A DNA stretch of 64,000 nt from the NCBI GenBank assembly GCA_964016885.1, contig OZ024742.1:59768001-59832000 (forward strand), written 5' to 3'. The notes under the pieces were generated by a model. The model made no database searches. It was not told where the DNA came from and saw only the letters and a program-made list of their open reading frames with translations. This DNA comes from Eledone cirrhosa (Eukaryota). This document shows, piece after piece, positions 54,313 to 64,000 of the stretch. How positions within the stretch are numbered: position 1 is the stretch's first letter; the number at the start of each line of letters is the position of its first letter. A program made the position numbers and the translations under genes.

Positions 54313-54415
54313 TAATTGTTTCTACTTCTGGCACAAGGCCAGCAATTAACCAGTGCATTACTGGTACTTTATTTTATCGACCCCGTCAGGATGAAAGGCA
54401 AAGTTAACCTCGGCA
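54313..54415 (-). mobile_element. 5'-truncated SINE
   Basis: 3' half of the SINE family. Confidence 0.88.
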
Positions 54416-54583
54416 ATATTGCCAAATTCGTCGGCGCCTTCACCATAACAAATTACAGAAATTCATTATCTTAATCACCATCTTAAACAGTCTTTCATAA
54501 AAGGTTTTCAGATTCTTGCAAAATTATTAGAAAATGTAGATAAAATTTCAATTATTCAATCGCTCACCTGCTAATAGTATTCA

Positions 54584-54634
<51 letters not shown>

Positions 54635-54977
54635 ACGTATATATATGTATAGGTGTATTTGTATGTATATATGCATATACATGTACATTCATATTATATG
54701 TATGCATATATATTTATATATATATATATAACTATATATACATATATACATGTATATACTTATATACATACATGCAAATAATATGTATGTACATGTATAT
54801 ACATATATACATACACATATACACACACTCACGTGTTTAAGCATATCCTTTGCAAGGACAATGACACACAAGCCTATATAATTACAACACAGAAGTATGA
54901 AGTATGTTTTAAACGCTACGTATAATTTTGTTATTCTCCTCCCTCCTCTTTCTCTAAATATATATACACACAAACAC

Positions 54978-55092
<115 letters not shown>

Positions 55093-55101
55093 ACTTACAT
55101 A

Positions 55102-55140
<39 letters not shown>

Positions 55141-55222
55141 GTTATTCCTGGTTGAATCGGAGGTAACTACAGTAAGTAAGGTACTCAATTCATAGCAGAG
55201 TATAAAAGTTTTAATATAGATG

Positions 55223-55273
55223 AGAATCTACAGGACTAGAACTGTTTCATTCTTTAGAAATCATCAGGAATCT
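55223..55273 (-). ncRNA. Type-I hammerhead ribozyme, family D, within a pLTR-like segment at about 55140-55690
   Basis: agattc CTGATGA tttc-taaa-gaat GAAAC AG ttctagtc CT GTA gattct. Confidence 0.7.
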
Positions 55274-55774
55274 GGGTATCAAAAAATAAATATGGTATTT
55301 ATAGGTCTCTTCAGGTGGTAGGAGAGGGTAGGGAGTGGGATGGGTGGAGGTCATTGGTTGATAGAAAAGGGAATTCATTAAAAGCTAATTCTTTAAAGCT
55401 ATAATTTATATTTAGAGTAACAAAGGCAGAAACAATTCTATAAACAACTTCAGAATGGGGTGCCACTACTTATTTTTAAGTTCTCTTAAGCTAACAATGC
55501 CTATATTTCAGGTGTCTATAATATCGTAGGGGGGTCAGTCATGGTTGATGGATTTAAAGAAAAGGGAAATTCTTTAAAAGTTAATTCTTTAAGGTTCTAC
55601 TTAGAGTGACAAAGGCCTAGATGATTCTATAGACCAGTTCAAAATATTGAGTGCCTATCATACCATTATCTTCAAGTTTCTCTTAAGCTGTATTCCAAAT
55701 GTCAACAGACACATTCACAAACACACACACTCACACACGCGCAGCTCCCCCCCCCCCCCCCACAGACACACATG

Positions 55775-55953
55775 CACTTTAGGTGTTTAGACTTGTGATG
55801 TACTTATATTGACAGAATCTTCCTTAGTATATGAGCAGTTCCCATTAGCACTATCTTTTGTATTTCTCCTATACGCGGGTTTCCTGGGATTTGCGATAAG
55901 TAATCATTAGACCCCTTAGGTATCATTCCTAGAGCGCCTACAACCACTGGCAT

Positions 55954-55955
<2 letters not shown>
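55775..55955 (-). mobile_element. Short duplicate of the Dong-type 3' coding end
   Basis: Nearly identical to 56865-57052. Confidence 0.9.
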
Positions 55956-56019
<64 letters not shown>

Positions 56020-56757
56020 AGTGTATATTTCATCCCAGTTGAAACATTCCCAAATATGGGGATTACTCTTGCTAAACTCAACAGGAAATATTAATGGTTT
56101 ACGAAATTATGTTCAACACAGTTTCTATTTAGACAAAGACTGAAACTATCAAAAGAATAAAATAATATTATTATGGCTGATATTTTATAGAATGTTTTTA
56201 ATACGAAATTGTTTTATCAACACCAAATAATTTAAAACAATAATAGAGAAATGTATTTAATGATATTTATTGAAACTGTAGCCAAGATATAATAGGTACC
56301 ACTGAGTTAGGTGTTACATAATAACAATATTCTCTAAAGTATTTTAATTAATAGTTACACACAGAATTATTTAATTATTTTATTAATAGTTACACACAGA
56401 AAATAAATAAATATGTGGTGTTGGAGTTGTACCAGTTTCCTCTAATGTAATATAATGTAAATGAAAGTCATGTAGATCTATGAGGTCATTTATCTCGTTC
56501 TCTAAAGTCTTCTACTTTAAATACTGTGGTATAATCTTGTCAAGTTTTTATGTCAACTTTACATAAATTGACAAAGACTCAGCTCTTGAATAAGATTCTG
56601 TAAAATTAAAGAAAAATAGTTTTATTATATATCAATTGATTGGAAGAATGTTTAGAAAGGTAAACAAAATATCAGATGATGATTAACTGTATTTAAAGGC
56701 ATGTCAGGTTCGAATCTGCCTTCATCTACCTGGCATTATTATTATTATTATTATTAT

Positions 56758-59700
56758 AGTTGCATTTATCTTGCTTTATGTTCATACGAGTTATCACCAA
56801 GTCACAACCAGTGACCTCAAAAGACAACAAGGTCCGCCATGTTCAAGAAAGAACATACATACACACACATGCATCTTTACGTGTTTAGACTTGTGATGTA
56901 CTTATATTGACAGAATCTTCCTTAGTATATGGGCAGTTCCCATTAGTACTATCTTTTGTATTTCTCCTATACGCGGGTTTCCTGGGATTTGCGATAAGTA
57001 ATCATTAGACCCCTTAGGTATCATTCCTAGAGCGCCTACAACCACTGGTATTGTTTTAGTTCTCAATTTCCCAATTATTCGAATTTCTATCTGCAGGTCC
57101 TTATACTTGCTCAATTTTTCAAATGTTTTTATAGATACATTCTTGTCTATTGGAACGGACATATCAATCAGCAGGCATACCCTCTTTTTAAAGTCCTTCA
57201 GTATTATATCAGGTCTATTTGCATCTATTTTTCGGTCTGTTTGGATGCTAAAGTTCCACAAGATTGAGATGTGATCTTTTTCAAGTATGGGAGGTGGTTG
57301 ATGCTCCCACCAATTCTTTTGATGGGTCAGGTCAAAATGCTTACACATTATCCAATGTATGTATTGTGCAGTTCTGTCACGCCTGTTTAGGTATTCGGAT
57401 GGAGCTATAGGACTGCACATTGAAATTATATGGTCAATGGTCTCTGGTTGATTTTTACATACACGGTATAATGGGCTGCATTCATTTTTTATTATGTTGG
57501 CTTGGTAATTTTTTGTTGGCAGACACTGATCTTGTGCTGATATAATCAGTCCTTCAGTCTCCGATTTCAGTCCAGAGGATGCCAACCACTGATGGGTTAA
57601 AATTTTGTCAACATCAGGATTGTTAGCTCTTTCTGGGTATTTTCCATACAGAGGCTTTTCTTGCCATTACTTAGCCAGTTTCTGTAGCAGTTATTTCTTT
57701 GCAGTTACTTTTACCTGCTTTGCTTTTTCTGTGTTTTCCATTTCAGCAGTAAATGGGACTTCTGAAATGTGTAGTCCATTACTGTATCTTGTGCATCTTT
57801 TGTAATGGAGTATGATCTTTTGATGCTTTTGTGTTTCAAAACAAGTTTGATCATCCAATCATGTGATTCCCTTAGATATGTAGATAATCCAATTGTTGCA
57901 GTTTTCAACGCAATATCTAACTGGATTAACCCACGTCCTCTTTCTTTCCTAAGGAGATATATTCTATCTGTATCTGCCTTAGGGTGATGCATTCTGTGCA
58001 TGGTTAAGAATTTTCGAATTTTTGTATCGAGCCTACGGATCTATTTGCTTGACCAGTTGATGACATTGGAACTGTAGGTTATTACTGGTTTGGCAAGCGT
58101 GTTTATGGCATCGATCCTATTCCTTGCATTCAATACCGTTCTTAAGATTGCTCTTACTCTACGGTAACCTTATCCTTATCCTTTTTCTCATTGTCGAGTG
58201 CTTGATTCCGTCTCCTTCACAAACACCTAGATATTTGTAAGTTTCCTCTTGATCAAGTTCTCTTATCACATTCCCCCCGATCAAGATTAATGTCTGAACT
58301 TTTCAGCAGCTTTCCTCTGGTGAACGTTGCTTTGGCGCATTAATCTAGTTCAAACTCCATTTTAATGTCATCACTGAACTGCTCCACAGTGGATAATAGC
58401 CCTTGCAATTGTTCATAATTTCTTGCAAATAGTTTCAGGTCATCCATGTAGAACAAGTGATTAATGGTTTTGTCATAGACTTTATATCCACTGTTTTGTT
58501 TCATTGATCATTTTACTTAATAGTATAAGTGCGATGTATAAAAGCGGTGATAAAGAGTCACCCTGAAAAATTCCACAATTAATATTAACTTCTCCAGCTT
58601 CCAGTAATTTTTTTTCACTATTCAAAGGTTGTGTCGTTTTCCATGTCTTCATACTGAATGACAGGAACCTCCTGACAACGGGAGATATTTTGAAAATCTC
58701 TAAACATTTTTCAATCCAACTGTGTGGCAAACTATCGAATGCTTTTTTATAATCTATCCAAGCAATTGATAGATTTTTGTGTCTATTATGACAATCTTCC
58801 GGTATCATTTTGTTAACCAAAAGCTGATCCTTACAGCCATATGAGCCTCGTTTACACCCTTTCTGCAAATAGATCATTTGTTATCAGGTGGTCATAGATA
58901 TATTCAGTTAGGACTGATGTTAACATTTTATACATTGTGGTCAAGCAAGTTATCGGTCTATAATTTTTGGGATTGTTGTCTCATCATTCTTCGGAAGCAG
59001 GAATGTAATGCCGTTAACTAGCCATGATGGTATCTTTTCTGGCTCCTTAACTATTTCATTGTAAAGTTGGGCCAACAGCTCATGAGACTCTGTGAAGGCA
59101 TTTATCAAAAAAATTGGTGTTTTGTCTTTTCCTGGGGATTTCCATTTGCTGGTTTTTCTAAGAGCCAAACGCAACTGTTCAACTGTTATATTTTCCCATA
59201 TTTGTTCCTCAAAGTGAGCTGGATCTTTCATTTGTCTGTCTATCCATGGGGCATGTATATTATGAACTTTTTCTTCGGCCCAGATCTTTTCCCAGAATTC
59301 TTGCACTTCCTCCTTGAGTGGTATTGATTTAGCAGTTATTGTTGACTTACCAATTTTTCTGTAGAATATTCTTTGATTGTTTTTGAACATATTGTCCTTA
59401 TATAATCTAGATCGTTTTTCAAAGCGCCTTATACGAGCAGCTTTGGCCGACACTTTTTGCTTGATTATTTCTATCAGCATGTCTATGTCACTTGTTGATT
59501 TTATACTGTATTTTTTTTCAATTTTCTAAGTTTAGTTTGTTTAACATCTTCATCTACTTTGTAGTTTGTTAAAATTTCTATGTCAGATCAGAGAAGGTTT
59601 ATCTGGCGATTGATGTTCTCTTGTCAAGTAGATTTCTTGTGGGAATTCCTTTGTTTTTTAATTTTCCCTCCACATAAGTGAGTGGTGACTTTAGCCGATG

Positions 59701-60690
59701 CATAATAGAGATGATTTAAATCAGTAATGTTTAGTTTGTTTGTGATGATAATGTTTTTGAGAATTATGTTAGTCTTGTGTATTATCTTTTGGTTCTGTTT
59801 GGAGTTCTGGATCTTAGGGAGGGTGTCTCGTTCCTCCATGTTAGATTCTTTCATTTTCATCCATTCGATCATAATTTCATCCTTCAAGTTGGCAAGTTCA
59901 TTCTCATTCATTTCTTTATCATTTACGATCACATTGTTTTCATTTTGAGCATGCATTCCCTCCACTTTTTCGATCCTTTCTTTAATTTGTTCTGTTGTCA
60001 GTGATTCTGCCCCAACCATGGGATTCGAAGTGTTACAATTTACCTCGTTTTCACTGACACATGTTTCATTTTCCCTTCGCTGACTTTGTGCTAACAGCTT
60101 GATCTGATCAATTTCTATATCAGTTAGTAACATTTTTTTAACAATATTTCTTCGTATATTGGCTAGTTTGTTACTGTCAATATAGCCTCTGTTTTCGGGA
60201 TGTTTCTTTTTCCAGTAGATATATGTCTGTTCTGTATTCGATCTATTTGATGGGTAGTACATGGCAGTGTAGAAAACCTCAAGAACTGCTTTATTGTCTT
60301 CCCTTGACCATTTTTCTCTCTTTTTCTTTGGATTTCTTGGTAGTGAGCATGGAGGGCCACAGTAGGAGTATTCCGGTTACGGGAGGTCTCCAGCTCCGAA
60401 GTGATGGGAAGGTTTGAACCATTAGCTGATTTTTCTACCCCAGTCTGGTTCCTCTCTGAGGGACGCGGTCCTTTTTGACCCGGGTGACGGCCGATCCGGT
60501 AAGAGATTTTATCATTTGACATTTACTTTATTTTGTCGCGTTTTATCCTTAACCGCCAAGAGGTAATCATTTCGTGTTACCACTTCTAGGACGAGTGTCA
60601 ACCAAGACTAGAGGGGTCGTCCTCCCCTAGAGACACGGCTATTCCACGCAGGCCGTCATCCTGGTATTTCTTGGTCTCGGGGTTTTCTTT
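56758..60690 (-). mobile_element. Near-full-length R4/Dong-type RLE retrotransposon, frameshifted
   Basis: [94 protein letters not shown]...LIDMSVP..EK.SKY.DL. The 3' end abuts (TAA)n at 56735-56757. Confidence 0.93.
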
Positions 60691-61226
60691 TGTGTTGTTT
60701 TTTAAATTGTTATTATCATGAGCGGTTCCTTAATGTGAGCATTGCGTGGCTTAAGAATGAAATTATTATTAATAATATAATATACTTTTTGTTGAAGTTG
60801 CCTGTTATTGTTGTTGGCTATGTCGGTGGTGGTGCTGGGGCTTTTTCTATTGTTGGTGGGGAAGGGGGGAGCCAGCAGTGCCATAGTCGTTGACGTTTGA
60901 CCGGGTCACTAAGTCAGTCTATTTATATCTTTTGCTAGCCTCTCCCTTGTCTAGTGATACCGCCACCTTCCCCTTTCTTAAGTTAACAGAAGGTAGTGGG
61001 GGAATAGTGGTGTTAGCAATGAAGGAGAGGTGGCGGCGGTGATGGGATAGTGATAGCAATGATGGAGTGGTGGCGGCAGTTACTATAGTGATGGCGTTGT
61101 CGTTACTGAGTTTTGTTGAATAGACTGTAGTAGTATGCGTTTGTTTGATCTGTGTATCTATGCGGTTTGTCGCGTATGTTTAATATATGTGTTGACATAT
61201 TTACTTAATATTTGAATTAAATATTT

Positions 61227-64000
61227 TGAAACCTGCTCAACGTTTTGAACTGTCTGACAGGTATCGACTGGATCACCCGAATGTGCCAATGTGGACATGG
61301 ACAAACCGCATCGGGTCATCCAGATCGTATCTCGATAGGGTATTCTGCAGAGAACTAGATAAGGCTAGTATAAGTTGTCCACAATTTAAAATAGTCGACT
61401 ACACAGACAACAAATTTGTGATCTGCGAGATCGACATAGACAGACTTCATAGACAAGGATCCGGTTACTGGAAGCTGAACGCGTCTTTCCCGGCGCGCAA
61501 AGACTACAGAGACCAGATTAGCGTATTAGTTAAGCGGGCGTTGATGGGAGCGGTCGTCAACAACAGGCGGTCGTTCGCCCTGAAAAGGGCAATTAAAGTA
61601 GAGTCGATTAGGTTTAGCAAAGGACTAGTGATAGAGGAAAATAGAATAGAGGGAGAGCTAGTCACAAAGCTAGAAGAGGCGTTTAGGACAGGCATCGCAA
61701 CCGACGTGCTTGCGGCGAGATTGGCACTCGACCAATTCATTCTTCAACGCAAAACACTAAGGCTGCGTTGTCAGAGCTAGAGCGCGTGCTCTGAAACACG
61801 AGGGGACAAAAGCCGTCCAATGGGCCCGGGTGGCAGAGGCGCGACGTGGCAACAAAGCCACAATTCGGTCTTTGTCTGACCAAAACGAGTGCGTGTTGCT
61901 CAAACCCGAGCAGATGTGTGATGCTTTTCAGCAGCACTTTGCTGAACTGATCGGGAGCAGCGGCGGCCCGGATCGGGGCATGGACTTCAGTGCATACCTC
62001 GACGGACTGCTTCGGCTCTCGACGACCGCAGCACAGTGTTGCGAAAACCAATAACAGCCGGTGAAAGCGATGGCTAACTGCACGAGGGGTAAATCGCCAA
62101 GTTTGGATGGTCTGCCCTACGAGCTTTATGCATTTATGCCAGACTTGTTCGGTGACCTCTTGGCAAACGTCTACTGCAACTGGCAGCAGAACGGGGGCAT
62201 TCCCAGTTTTGTGAGCTGGGCAGCGGTGGCGCTGCTGAGAAAAGACCCGAACAAGGGGGATATTATCGAAAATTTCAGGCCCATAATCCTGCTAAACGCA
62301 GAGCTCAAGATTTTGGCCAAGGTGTTAGCAACGAGGTTGGCCCTTGTCGTCAAGGGTCTGGTGGGCGAGGCGCAAACATGCGCCATTCCGGACAGATCCA
62401 TACACGACAAACTCCACCCATGCGATACATCATAGAGAGGGTGGTTAAGGAACCTGGCACGGGGCGGCCCCACATCAACTTGGATCAATCCAAAGCATTC
62501 TATAGGGTTGACCATCGATACCTGGCGGCGGTCCTCGAGGCAGCCGGTTTCGGGCCCGTTTTCAGGGGTTGGATCGCTGCGATGTACAGCGACATCTGCT
62601 CAGTAGTGAGGGTGAACGGTCACCTGTGGCAGCCGTTCAGCATCATGCGCTAGGGTCCGCTCTCGTCCCTCTTGTACGTATTGGCTCTCGAGCCAGCCGT
62701 TACTGCACAAACTGGGGGCGTTGACGGGCGTCCCACGCGAACTAGGATGCGGGAAATCCGAGTCGGTTTATGCCGACGACGTCACTCTTGTGGTGTCGAG
62801 CACCAGACACGTCCAGATGCTCGGCACCGCTCTCAAGGAATACGAAGCGGTGACAGGAGCAAAGATAAAGCAGGAAAAGTCGGTGGGCTTGCAGCTCGGC
62901 ACCTGGAGAGGCAAGTCCATGCCCTCCGACAGCATCGTGGGGCGTTGGACGGATGGACCGGTTAAATTGCTCGGGGTCTGGTTTCGGACCGGACCTCCAG
63001 ATGGAGAAAAACTGGAACGAAGTGACAAGCAAAGTGGCCTCCCTCACCCAGAAATGGGCCGAGAGGAAGCTGTCCCTTAAAGGCCGGGCGGAGTTGGCGA
63101 ATGCGTACATCGCATCCGTCATCTGCTACTGCCTCACCATCGTCCCTTGCCCCGGCCCAACTCTCACCAAAATGGAGTGCCTCCTCTTCCGCTTTTTGTG
63201 GAAGGGACGCGTTCCCATGGTCAGACGATCCATCTGCTGTCAACACCCATTACGTGGAGGACTGGGCATGCCATGGCTGATGATGCACAAACATGCGCTG
63301 AGGCTACAACATCTCTGGTGCTTCCTTGATAGTGAACAGTTGTGGTCACCGTTCGCCAGGCACGTTTTCCCATAGCACGTCTCCTTGAGACCGAGGGATA
63401 GCGCTTGGAAACTGGAATGTCTCCAAGTGCTCACTGCCCTCTGCCAGCTGGGCAACTGTATCGGTGGAACATCCACCTCGGCGTTCTATAGAGGACTAGC
63501 GGAGGGTAATTGCGACGATGTTCTCGGAGAGATCCTGGGCGTCGAAGAAGATCAGCTGTTTGCTCTCTTCCGGAGAACTTTCAGCCCAGGGCCTATGGAT
63601 AACTTCCAAAAATCCCTGGCCTGGCAGTGCTACCGGGGAGCTTGCCGGTTCGAGATAAGCTCTACAGGCACGGAAGTGCCGTCAGTCGAGCCTGTCCGAG
63701 ATGCGCGCAGAGCGACGAAACCGTCGTGCACGCACTCGTTCAGTGCCCGAGCATTGCTGACTTGTCGAGCTATGTCGAACAGTTGCTGTCGCGTGTAGGA
63801 CTGATCCGGTTATCGACTGAGTCCATTGTGAAGATGGTCTCGCCGTCTTCCTTCGAGGAGGAAGGGCAGGCGGTTTTCATCTGCCTGGTGGCCATGGCGA
63901 AAGAGATTGTGTGGTGGACAAGGTTGAAAGGGTTAAAGACAGATACTTTCTTCTTCGGTGAATCCCTAATTAACTGTTTCAAGTTACACTTGAAGAGGAA
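61227..64000 (+). mobile_element. 5'-truncated L1/Tx1-clade LINE ORF2 (APE end, RT, C-terminal zinc finger), frameshifted, running off the right edge
   Basis: SYLDRV, GYWKLN, KSPSLDGLPYE, FRPIILLN...KILAKVLATRL, LDQSKAF.RV.H, YADD, GGLGMP, CPRC...ETVVHAL..C. Confidence 0.93.

Noticed and set aside
61227-64000. GC-rich block suggesting bacterial contamination or horizontal transfer
   Set aside because: It encodes Tx1-type LINE ORF2, and relatives occur at three other places in the window.

Overview
AT-rich, microsatellite-saturated animal DNA. It is most likely from an octopod cephalopod, an inference from the tRNA-derived Meta-domain-like SINE and the repeat landscape, not a proven assignment. 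No host protein-coding gene is supportable. The window consists of decayed mobile elements: L1/Tx1-type LINEs at both ends and two internal fragments, R4/Dong-type RLE LINEs at (TAA)n, RTE-type LINE fragments, about 12 SINE copies (several with target-site duplications), two non-autonomous Helitrons, and many Penelope-like element (PLE) pieces in (TA)n. The main signal is about a dozen fold-back (inverted-repeat) insertions. They range from 90-bp hairpins to a near-perfect 1.83-kb palindrome (29055-30883) carrying a GIY-YIG ORF and a hammerhead ribozyme in each arm. More than ten type-I hammerhead motifs were found by eye. One family has a non-canonical core (CAGAAGA, U at the cleavage position) shared by three copies, and one truncated copy starts at its predicted cut site. 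Several short fold-backs turn around inside the hammerhead itself, which suggests the ribozyme structure determines where PLE insertions invert. All alignments and folds were done by eye, so boundaries are approximate.
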